From: Eledone cirrhosa
Lineage: Eukaryota
Direction: 5' to 3'
Assembly (NCBI GenBank): GCA_964016885.1
Contig: OZ024744.1
Span: 74,214,001 to 74,278,000 of the forward strand
DNA: 64,000 nucleotides
The notes under the pieces are model-generated. The model was given only the letters and a program-made list of their open reading frames with translations. It was not told the origin of the DNA and searched no databases. The position numbers and the translations under genes were made by a program. Below, piece after piece: positions 15,173 through 28,059 of this stretch; the first letter of the stretch is position 1; each line of letters opens with the position of its first letter.

Positions 15173-18100
15173 TGCTAAACCATCCCAATCACCATTCGCA
15201 TATCAACCATGCTAGAGTCTAACTAGTTGAGATGGTAAAGGTGCTAAACAATCACAATCACTATTCATATACCAACCATGCTAGAGTCTAGATAGTTTAT
15301 ATGGTATAGCTGCTATACCATCACAATCACCATTCACATATCAACCATGCTAGTGTCTAGCTAGTTGAGATGGTATAGCTGCTAAACCATCACAATCACC
15401 ATTCACATATCAACCATGCTAGAGGCTAGCTAGTTGAGATGGTAAATCTGCTAAACAATCACAATCACTATTCACATTTCAACCATGCTAGAGACCAGGT
15501 AGTTGAGATGGTATAGCTACTAAACCATCACAATCACTATTCACATATCAACCATGCTAGAGTCTAGATAGTTGAGATGGTATAGCTGCTAAACCATCAC
15601 AATCACCATTCACATTTCAACCATGCTAGAGTATAGCTAGTTCAGATTGTATAGCTGCTGAACCATCACAATCACCATGCATATATCAACCATGCTAGAG
15701 TCTATCTAGATGTGATGGTATAGCTGCTAAACCATCACATTCACTATTCACATATCAACCGTGCTAGAGTCTAGCTAGTTGAGATGGTATAGCTGCTAAA
15801 CCATCGCAATCACTATTCACATACCAACCATGCTAGAGTCTAGCTAGTTGAGATGGTATAGCTGCAAAAGCATCACAATCACCATTCACATAATAACCAT
15901 GCTAGAGTCTAGCTAGTTGAGCTGGTATAGCTGCTAAACCATCACAATCACCTTTCACATTTCAACCATGCTAGAGTGTATCTCGTTGGGATGGTATAGC
16001 TACTAAACAATCACAATCACCATTCACATTTCAACCAAGCTAGAGTCTAGCTAGTTGAGATGGTTTAGCTGCTAAACCATCACAATCCCTATTCACATAC
16101 CAACCATGCTAGAGTCTAGCTAGTTGAGATGGTAAAGTTGCTAAACCATCACATTCACTATTCACATACCAACCATGCTAGAGTCTAGCTAGTTGATATG
16201 GTATAGCTGCTAAACCATCACAATCACCATTCATATATCAACGATGCTAGACTCTAGCTAGTGGAGATGGTATAGCTGCTAAACCACCACAATCACTATT
16301 CACATTTCAACCAAGCTAGAGACTAGGTAGTTGAGATGGTATAGCTGTTAAACCATCATAATCACTATTCACATATCAACCATGCTAGAGTCTAGCTAGT
16401 TGAGATGCTAAAGCTGCTAAACAATCACAATCACTATTCACATTTCAACTATGATAGAGTCTAGCTAGTTGAGATGGTAGAGCTGCTAAACCATCACAAT
16501 CACTATTTATATATCAACCATGCTAGAGTCTAGCTAGTTGAGATGGTATAGCTGCTAAACCATCACAATCACTATTCATATATCAACCATGCTAGTCTCT
16601 AGCTAGTTGAGATTGATTAGCTGCTAAACCATCACAATCACCATTCACATTTCAAACATGCTAGAGACTAGGTAGTTGAGATGGTATAGCTGTTAAACCA
16701 TCACAATCACTATTCACATATCAACCATGCTAGAGTCTAGATAGCTGAGATGGTAAAGCTGCTAAACCATCATAATCACCATTCACATTTAAACCATGCT
16801 AGATTATAGCTAGTTCAGATTGTATAGCTGCTAAACGATCACAATCACCATTCATATATCAACGATGCTAGAGTCTAGCTTGTTGAGATGGTATAGCGGC
16901 TAAACCATCACAATCACCATTCATATATCAAGCATGCTAGAGTCTATCTAGATGAGATGGTATAGCTGCTAAACCATCACATTCACTATTCACATATCAA
17001 CCGTGCTAGAGTCTACCTAGTTGAGATGGTATAGCTGCTAAAGCAACACTATCACCATTCACATAATAACCATGCTAGAGTCTAGCTAGTTGAGATGGTA
17101 GAGCTGCTAAACCATCACAATCACCTTTCACATTTCAACCATGCTAGAGTGTATCTAGTTGGGATGGTATAGATACTAAACAATCACAATCACCATTCAC
17201 ATATCAACTATGCTAGAGTCTAGCTAGTTGAGAAGGTATATCTGCTAAACCATCGCAATCATTATTCACATACCAACCAGGCTAGAGTCTAGCTAGTTGA
17301 TATGGTATAGCTTCTAAACCATCACAATCACCATTCACATATCAACCATGCTAGAATCTAGCTAGTTGAGATGGTATAGCTGCTAAACCATCACAATCAC
17401 CATTCACATATCAACCATGCTAGAGGCTAGCTAGTTGAGATGGTAAAGCTGCTAAACAATCACAATCACTATTCACATGTCAACCATGCTAGAGTCTAGC
17501 TAGTTGAGATGCTATAGTTGCTAACCCATCACAATCACTATTCATATAACAACCATGCTAGACTCTAGCTAGTTGAGATGGATTAGCTGCTAAACCATCA
17601 CAATAACCATTCATGTATCAACCATGCTAGAGTCTAGCTAGTTGAGATGGTATAGCTGCTAAACAATCACAATCATCATTCACTTATCAACCATGCTAGA
17701 GTCTAGCTAGTTGAGATGGTATAGCTGCTAAACCATCACAGTCACAATTCATATATCAACCGTGCTAGAGTCTAGCTAGTTGAGATGGTATAGCTACTAA
17801 ACCATCACAATCACCATTCACATTTCAACCACGCTAGAGTCTAGCTAATTGAGATGGTATAGCTGCTAAACCATCACAATCACCATTCACATATCAACCA
17901 TGCTAGAGTCTAGCTAGTTGAGATGGTATAGCTGGTAAACCTTCACAATCACTATTCATATATCAACCATACTAGAGTCTAGATAGTTCAGAAGGTATAG
18001 CTGCTAAACCATCACAATCATTATTCACATACAAACCATGCTAGAGTCTAGCTAGTTGATATGGTATAGCTGCTAAACCATCACAATCACCATTCACATA

Positions 18101-21100
18101 TCAACCATGCTAGAGGCTAGCTAGTTGAGATGGTATAGCTGCTAACCCATCACAATCACTATTCATATATCAACCATGCAAGACTCTAGCTAGTTGAGAT
18201 GGATTAGCTGCCAAACCATCACAATCACCATTCATGTATCAACCATGCTAGAGTCTAGCTAGTTGAGATGGTATAGCTTCTAAACAATCACAATCATCAT
18301 TTACATATCAACCATGCTAGAGTCAGGCTAGTTGAGACGGTATAGCTGCCAAACCATCACAATCACAATTCACATATCAACCATGCTAGAGTCTAGCTAG
18401 TTGAGATGGTATAGCTGCTAAACCACCACAATCACCATTCATATATGAACCATGCTAGAATCTAGCTAGTTGAGATGGTATATCTTCTAAACCATCACAA
18501 TCACTATTCACATATCAACCATGCCAGAGTCTAACTAGTTGAGATGGTATAGCTGCTAAACCACCACAATCACTATTCACATTTCAACCATGCTAGAGAC
18601 TAGGTAGTTGAGATGTTATAGCTGCTAACCCATCACAATCACCATTCACATATCAACCATGCTAAATTCTAGCTAGTTGAGATGGTATAGCGGCTAAACC
18701 ATCACAATCACCATTCATATATGAACCATGCTAGAGTCTATCTAGATGAGATGGTATAGCTGCTAAACCATCACATTCACTATTCACATATCAACCGTGC
18801 TAGAGTCTAGCTAGTTGAGATGGTATAGCTGCTAAACCATCACAATCACCTTTCACATTTCAACCATGCTAGAGTGTATCTAGTTGGGATTGTATAGCTA
18901 CTAAACAATAACAATCTCCATTCACATATCAACCATGCTAGAGTCTAGCTAGTTGAGATGGTGTAGCTGCTAAACCATCACAATCACCATTCACATATCA
19001 ACCATGCTAGAGTCTAATTAGTTGAAATGATATAGCTACTAAACCATCACAATCACCATTCGCATATCAACCATGCTAGAGTCTAGCTAGTTGAGATGGT
19101 ATAGCTACTAAACCATCACAATCACTATTCATATATCAACCATGCTAGACTCTAGCTAGTTGAGATGGATAAGCTGCTAAATCATCACAATCACCATTCA
19201 TTTATCAACCATGCTAGAGTCTAGCTAGTTGAGAATGTATACCTGCTAAACCATCACAATCACAATTCACATATCAACCATGCTAGAGTCTAGCTAGTTG
19301 AGATGGTATAGCTGCTAAACCACCACAATCACTATTCACATTTCAACCATGCTAGAGACTAGGTAGTTGAGATGGTATAGCTGTTAAAACATCACGATCA
19401 CAATTCACATATCAATCATGCTAGAGTCTAGATAGTTGAGATGGTATGGCTGCTAACGCATCACAATCCCCATTCACATATCAACCATGCTAAAGTCTAG
19501 CTAGTTGAGATGGTATAGCGGCTAAACCATCACGATCACCATTCATATATCAACCATGCTAGAGTCTATCTAGATGAGATGGTATAGCTGCTAACCCATC
19601 ACATTCACTATTCACATATCAACCGTGCTAGAGTCTAGCTAGTTGAGATTGCATATCTGCTAAAGCATCACAATCACCATTCACATAATAACCATGCTAG
19701 AGTCTAGCTAGTTCAGATGGTATAGCTGCTAAACCATCACAATCACCTTTCACATTTCAACCATGCTAGAGTCTATCTAGTTGGGATGGTATAGCTACTA
19801 AACAATCACAATCACCATTCATATATCAACCATGCTAGAGTCTAGCTAGTTGAGATGGTATAGCTACTAAACCATCACAATCACCATTCACATTTCAACC
19901 AAGCTAGAGTCTAGCTAGTTGAGATGGTATAGCTGCTAAACCATCACAATCACCATGCACATATCAACCATGCTAGAGTCTAATCAGTTGAGATGATATA
20001 GCTACTAAACCATCACAATCACCATTCGCATATCAACCATGCTAGAGTCTAGCTAGTTGAGATGGTAAAGCTGCTAAACAAACAATCACAATCACTATTC
20101 ACATTTTAACCATGTTAGAATCTAGCTAGTTGAGATGGTTTAGCTGCTAAACCATCACAATCACTATTCATATATCAACCATGCTAGAGTCCAGCTAGTT
20201 GAGATGGTATAGCTGCTAAACCATCACAATCACTATTCATATATCAACCATGCTAGACTCTAGCTAGTTGAGATGGATTAGCTGCTAAACAGTCACAATC
20301 ACCATTCACGTATCAACCATGCTAGAGTCTAGCTAGTTGAGATGGTATAGCTGCTAAACCAACACAATCACTATTCACGTTTCAACCAAGCTAGAGACTA
20401 GGTAGTTGAGATGGTATAGCTGTTAAACCATCACAATCACTATTCACATATCAACCATGCTAGGGTCTAGATAGTTGAGATGGTATAGCGGCTAAACCAT
20501 CACAATCACCATTCATATATCAGCCATGCTAGAGTCTATCTAGATGAGATGGTATAGCTGCTAAACCATCACACTCACTATTCACATATCAACCGTGCTA
20601 GAGCCTAGCTAGTTGAGATGGTATAGCTGCTAAAGCATCACGATCATCATTCACATAATAACCATGCTAGAGTCTAGCTAGTTGAGATTATATAGCTGCT
20701 AAACCATCACAATCACCATTCATATATCAACCATGCTAGAGTGTATCTAGTTGGGATGGTATATCTACTAAACAATCACAATCACCATTCACATATCAAC
20801 CATGCTAGAGTCTAGCTAGTTGAGATGGTAAAGCTGCTAAACAATCACAATCACTATTCACATATCAACCATGCTAGAGTCTAGATAGTTGAGATGGTAT
20901 AGCTGCTAAACCATCACAATCACCATTAACATTTCAACCATGCTAGAGTATAGCTAGTCCAGATTGTATAGCTGTTAAATCATCACAATCACCATGCATA
21001 TATCAACCATGCTAGAGTATATATAGATGTGATGGTATAGCTGCTAAACCATCACAATCACCATTCATGTATTAACCATGCTAGAGTCTAGCTAGTTGAG

Positions 21101-21597
21101 ATGGTATAGCTACTAAACAAACACAATCACTATTCACATTTCAAACATGCTAGAGTCTAGCTAGTTTATATGGTATAGCTGCTAAACCTTCACAATCACT
21201 ATTCACATATCATCAACCATGCTAGAGTCTAACTAGTTGATATGGTATAGCTGCTAAACCAGCACAATCACCATTCACATTTCAACCATGCTAGAGTATA
21301 GCTAGTTCAGATTGTATAGCTGCTAAACCATCACAATCACCATTCATATATCAACCATGCTAAAGTCTAGCTAGTTGAGATGGTATAGCTACTAAACAAA
21401 CACAATCACTATTCACATTTCAAACATGCTAGAGTCTAGCTAGTTGATATGGTATAGCTGCGATACCATCACAATCACCATTCACATATCAACCTTGCTA
21501 GAGTCTAGCTAGTTGAGATGGTATAGCGGCTAAACCATCACAATCACCATTCATATATCAACCATGCTAGAGTCTCGCTAGTTGTGATGGTATAGCT

Positions 21598-21683
21598 GCT
21601 AAACCATCACGTTCACTATTCAGATATCAACCATGCTAGAGTCTAGCTAGTTGATATCTGAATAGTGAACGTGATGGTTTAGC
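21598..21683. repeat. Perfect inverted repeat, 34-bp arms with 18-nt spacer (copy 2)
   Basis: GCTAAACCATCACGTTCACTATTCAGATATCAAC (21598-21631) and GTTGATATCTGAATAGTGAACGTGATGGTTTAGC (21650-21683). Confidence 0.96.
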
Positions 21684-24600
21684 TGCTAAACCATCCCAAT
21701 CACCATTCGCATATCAACAATGCTAGAGTCTAACTAGTTGAGATGGTAAAGGTGCTAAACAATCACAATCACTATTCATATACCAACCATGCTAGAGTCT
21801 AGATAGTTTATATGGTATAGCTGCTATACCATCACAATCACCATTCACATATCAACCATGCTAGTGTCTAGCTAGTTGAGATGGTATAGCTTCTAAACCA
21901 TCACAATCACCATTCACATATCAACCATGCTAGAGGCTAGCTAGTTGAGATGGTAAATCTGCTAAACAATCACAATCACTATTCACATTTCAACCATGCT
22001 AGAGACCAGGTAGTTGAGATGGTATAGCTACTAAACCATCACAATCACTATTCACATATCAACCATGCTAGAGTCTAGATAGTTGAGATGGTATAGCTGC
22101 TAAACCATCACAATCACCATTCACATTTCAACCATGCTAGAGTATAGCTAGTTCAGATTGTATAGCTGCTGAACCATCACAATCACCATGCATATATCAA
22201 CCATGCTAGAGTCTATCTAGATGTGATGGTATAGCTGCTAAACCATCACATTCACTATTCACATATCAACCGTGCTAGAGTCTAGCTAGTTGAGATGGTA
22301 TAGCTGCTAAACCATCACAATCACTATTCACATACCAACCATGCTAGAGTCTAGCTAGTTGAGATGGTATAGCTGCAAAAGCATCACAATCACCATTCAC
22401 ATAATAACCATGCTAGAGTCTAGCTAGTTGAGCTGGTATAGCTGCTAAACCATCACAATCACCTTTCACATTTCAACCATGCTAGAGTGTATCTCGTTGG
22501 GATGGTATAGCTACTAAACAATCACAATCACCATTCACATTTCAACCAAGCTAGAGACTAGCTAGTTGAGATGGTATAGCTGCTAAACCATCACAATCAC
22601 TATTCACATACCAACCATGCTAGAGTCTAGCTAGTTGAGATGGTAAAGTTGCTAAACCATCACATTCACTATTCACATACCAACCATGCTAGAGTCTAGC
22701 TAGTTGATATGGTATAGCTGCTAAACCATCACAATCACCATTCATATATCAACGATGCTAGACTCTAGCTAGTGGAGATGGTATAGCTGCTAAACCACCA
22801 CAATCACTATTCACATTTCAACCAAGCTAGAGACTAGGTAGTTGAGATGGTATAGCTGTTAAACCATCATAATCACTATTCACATATCAACCATGCTAGA
22901 GTCTAGCTAGTTGAGATGGTAAAGCTGCTAAACAATCACAATCACTATTCACATTTCAACTATGATAGAGTCTAGCTAGTTGAGATGGTAGAGCTGCTAA
23001 ACCATCACAATCACTATTTATATATCAACCATGCTAGAGTCTAGCTAGTTGAGATGGTATAGCTGCTAAACCATCACAATCACTATTCATATATCAACCA
23101 TGCTAGTCTCTAGCTAGTTGAGATTGATTAGCTGCTAAACCATCACAATCACCATTCACTTTTCAAACATGCTAGAGACTAGGTAGCTGAGATGGTATAG
23201 CTGTTAAACCATCACAATCACTATTCACATATCAACCATGCTAGAGTCTAGATAGTTGAGATGGTAAAGCTGCTAAACCATCATAATCACCATTCACATT
23301 TAAACCATGCTAGATTATAGCTAGTTCAGATTGTATAGCTGCTAAACGATCACAATCACCATTCATATATCAACGATGCTAGAGTCTAGCTTGTTGAGAT
23401 GGTATAGCGGCTAAACCATCACAATCACCATTCATATATCAAGCATGCTAGAGTCTATCTAGATGAGATGGTATAGCTGCTAAACCATCACATTCACTAT
23501 TCACATATCAACCGTGCTAGAGTCTACCTAGTTGAGATGGTATAGCTGCTAAAGCAACACTATCACCATTCACATAATAACCATGCTAGAGTCTAGCTAG
23601 TTGAGATGGTATAGCTGCTAAACCATCACAATCACCTTTCACATTTCAACCATGCTAGAGTGTATCAAGTTGGGATGGTATAGCTACTAAACAATCACAA
23701 TCACCATTCACATATCAACTATGCTAGAGTCTAGCTAGTTGAGAAGGTATATCTGCTAAACCATCGCAATCATTATTCACATACCAACCAGGCTAGAGTC
23801 TAGCTAGTTGATATGGTATAGCTTCTAAACCATCACAATCACCATTCACATATCAACCATGCTAGAATCTAGCTAGTTGAGATGGTATAGCTGCTAAACC
23901 ATCACAATCACCATTCACATATCAACCATGCTAGAGGCTAGCTAGTTGAGATGGTAAAGCTGCTAAACAATCACAATCACTATTCACATGTCAACCATGC
24001 TAGAGTCTAGCTAGTTGAGATGCTATAGTTGCTAACCCATCACAATCACTATTCATATAACAACCATGCTAGACTCTTGCTAGCTGAGATGGATTAGCTG
24101 CTAAACCATCACAATAACCATTCATGTATCAACCATGCTAGAGTCTAGCTAGTTGAGATGGTATAGCTGCTAAACAATCACAATCATCATTCACTTATCA
24201 ACCATGCTAGAGTCTAGCTAGTTGAGATGGTATAGCTGCTAAACCATCACAGTCACAATTCATATATCAACCGTGCTAGAGTCTAGCTAGTTGAGATGGT
24301 ATAGCTACTAAACCATCACAATCACCATTCACATTTCAACCACGCTAGAGTCTAGCTAATTGAGATGGTATAGCTGCTAAACCATCACAATCACCATTCA
24401 CATATCAACCATGCTAGAGTCTAGCTAGTTGAGATGGTATAGCTGGTAAACCTTCACAATCACTATTCATATATCAACCATACTAGAGTCTAGATAGTTC
24501 AGAAGGTATAGCTGCTAAACCTTCACAATCATTATTCACATACAAACCATGCTAGAGTCTAGCTAGTTGATATGGTATAGCTGCTAAACCATCACAATCA

Positions 24601-26445
24601 CCATTCACATATCAACCATGCTAGAGGCTAGCTAGTTGAGATGGTATAGCTGCTAACCCATCACAATCACTATTCATATATCAACCATGCAAGACTCTAG
24701 CTAGTTGAGATGGATTAGCTGCCAAACCATCACAATCACCATTCATGTATCAACCATGCTAGAGTCTAGCTAGTTGAGATGGTATAGCTTCTAAACAATC
24801 ACAATCATCATTCACATATCAACCATGCTAGAGTCAAGCTAGTTGAGACGGTATAGCTGCCAAACCATCACAATCACAATTCACATATCAACCATGCTAG
24901 AGTCTAGCTAGTTGAGATGGTATAGCTGCTAAACCACCACAATCACCATTCATATATGAAGCATGCTAGAATCTAGCTAGTTGAGATGGTATATCTTCTA
25001 AACCATCACAATCACTATTCACATATCAACCATGCCAGAGTCTAACTAGTTGAGATGGTATAGCTGCTAAACCACCACAATCACTATTCACATTTCAACC
25101 ATGCTAGAGACTAGGTAGTTGAGATGTTATAGCTGCTAACCCATCACAAACACCATTCACATATCAACCATGCTAAAGTCTAGCTAGTTGAGATGGTATA
25201 GCGGCTAAACCATCACAATCACCATTCATATATGAACCATGCTAGAGTCTATCTAGATGAGATGGTATAGCTGCTAAACCATCACATTCACTATTCACAT
25301 ATCAACCGTGCTAGAGTCTAGCTAGTTGAGATGGTATAGCTGCTAAACCATCACAATCACCTTTCACATTTCAACCATGCTAGAGTGTATCTAGTTGGGA
25401 TTGTATAGCTACTAAACAATAACAATCTCCATTCACATATCAACCATGCTAGAGTCTAGCTAGTTGAGATGGTGTAGCTGCTAAACCATCACAATCACCA
25501 TTCACATATCAACCATGCTAGAGTCTAATTAGTTGAAATGATATAGCTACTAAACCATCACAATCACCATTCGCATATCAACCATGCTAGAGTCTAGCTA
25601 GTTGAGATGGTATAGCTACTAAACCATCACAATCACTATTCATATATCAACCATGCTAGACTCTAGCTAGTTGAGATGGATTAGCTGCTAAATCATCACA
25701 ATCACAATTCACATTTCAACCATGCTAGAGACTAGGTAGTTGAGATGTTATAGCTGCTAACCCATCACAATCACCATTCACATATCAACCATGCTAAAGT
25801 CTAGCTAGTTGAGATGGTATAGCGGCTAAACCATCACAATCACCATTCATATATGAACCATGCTAGAGTCTATCTAGATGAGATGGTATAGCTGCTAAAC
25901 CATCACATTCACTATTCACATATCAACCGTGCTAGAGACTAGCTAGTTGAGATTGCATATCTGCTAAAGCATCACAATCACCATTCACATAATAACCACG
26001 CTAGAGTCTAGCTAGTTCAGATGGTATAGCTGCTAAACCATCACAATCACCTTTCACATTTCAACCATGCTAGAGTCTATCTAGTTGGGATGGTATAGCT
26101 ACTAAACAATCACAATCACCATTCATATATCAACCATGCTAGAGTCTAGCTAGTTGAGATGGTATAGCTACTAAACCATCACAATCACCATTCACATTTC
26201 AACCAAGCTAGAGTCTAGCTAGTTGAGATGGTATAGCTGCTAAACCATCATAATCACCATGCACATATCAACCATGCTAGAGTCTAATTAGTTGAGATGG
26301 TATAGCTGCTAAACCATCACAATCACCATTCACATTTCAACCAAGCTAGAGTCTAGCTAGTTGAGATGGTATAGCTGCTAAGCCATCACAATCACCATTC
26401 ATATATCAACCATGCTAGAGTCTCGCTAGTTGAGATGGTATAGCT

Positions 26446-26531
26446 GCTAAACCATCACGTTCACTATTCAGATATCAACCATGCTAGAGTCTAGCTAGTT
26501 GATATCTGAATAGTGAACGTGATGGTTTAGC
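26446..26531. repeat. Perfect inverted repeat, 34-bp arms with 18-nt spacer (copy 3)
   Basis: Same arms at 26446-26479 and 26498-26531. Confidence 0.96.
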
Positions 26532-28059
26532 TGCTAAACCATCCCAATCACCATTCGCATATCAACCATGCTAGAGTCTAACTAGTTGAGATGGTATACC
26601 TGCTAAACAATCACAATCACTATTCACATTTCAACCATGCTAGAGACCAGGTAGTTGAGATGGTATAGCTACTAAACCATCACAATCACTACTCACATAT
26701 CAACCATGCTAGAGTCTAGATAGTTGAGATGGTATAGCTGCTAAACCATCACAATCACCATTCACATTTCAACCATGCTAGAGTATAGCTAGTTCAGATT
26801 GTATAGCTGCTGAACCATCACAATCACCATGCATATATCAACCATGCTAGAGTCTATCTAGATGTGATGGTATAGCTGCTAAACCATCACATTCACTATT
26901 CACATATCAACCGTGCTAGAGTCTAGCTAGTTGAGATGGTATAGCTGCTAAACCATCACAATCACTATTCACATACCAACCATGCTAGAGTCTAGCTAGT
27001 TGAGATGGTATAGCTGCAAAAGCATCACAATCACCATTCACATAATAACCATGCTAGAGTCTAGCTAGTTGATATGGTATAGCTGCTAAACCATCACAAT
27101 CACCTTTCACATTTCAACCATGCTAGAGTGTATCTCGTTGGGATGGTATAGCTACTAAACAATCACAATCACCATTCACATTTCAACCAAACTAGAGTCT
27201 AGCTAGTTGAGATGGTATAGCTGCTAAACCATCACAATCACTATTCACATACCAACCATGCTAGAGTCTAGCTAGTTGAGATGGTAAAGTTGCTAAACCA
27301 TCACATTCACTATTCACATACCAACCATGCTAGAGTCTAGCTGGTTGATATGGTATAGCTGCTAAACCATCACAATCACTATTCACATATCAATTATGCG
27401 AGAGTCTAGATATTTGAGATGGTATAGCTGCTAAACCATCACAATCACCATTCAAATTTCAACCATGCTAGAATATAGCTAGTTCAGATGGTATAGCTGC
27501 TAAACCATCACAATCACCATTCATATATCAACTATGCTATAGTCTAGCTTGTTGAGATGGATTAGCTGCTAAGCCATCACAATCACCATTCAGCTATCAA
27601 CTATGCTAGAGTCTAGCTAGTTAAGTTTGTATAGCTGCTAAACCATCACAATCACGATTCAGATATCAACCATGCTAGAATCTAGCTACTTGAGATTTGT
27701 ATAGCTGCTCAACCACCACAATCACCATTCATATATCAACCATGCTAGAATCTAGCTAGTTGAGATGGTATATCTGCTAAACCATCACAATCACTATTCA
27801 CATATCAAGCATACTAGAGTCTAGCTAGTTGAGATGGTATAGCTGCTAAACCACCACAATCACTATTCACATATCAACCATGCTAGAGACAAGGTAGTTG
27901 AGATGGTATAGTTGCTAAACCATCACAATCACCATTCATATATCAACCCTGACAAAGTCTAGCTAGGTTAGATGGTATAGCAGCTAAACCATCACAATCA
28001 CTATTCACATATCAACCATGCTAGAGTCTATATAGTTGAGATGGTATAGCTGCTAAAGC

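Larger units (their letters stand above)
11041..27380. repeat. About 6.4-6.5 kb block (92-94 monomers) in two full copies plus one internally deleted, truncated copy
   Basis: Block starts at 11041, 17413, 23924 (spacings 6372 and 6511). Independent markers give the same 6511 offset (15087/21598, 16261/22772, 17043/23554). 6511 = 94x69 plus the visible indels of +4, +3 and +18. Confidence 0.9.
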
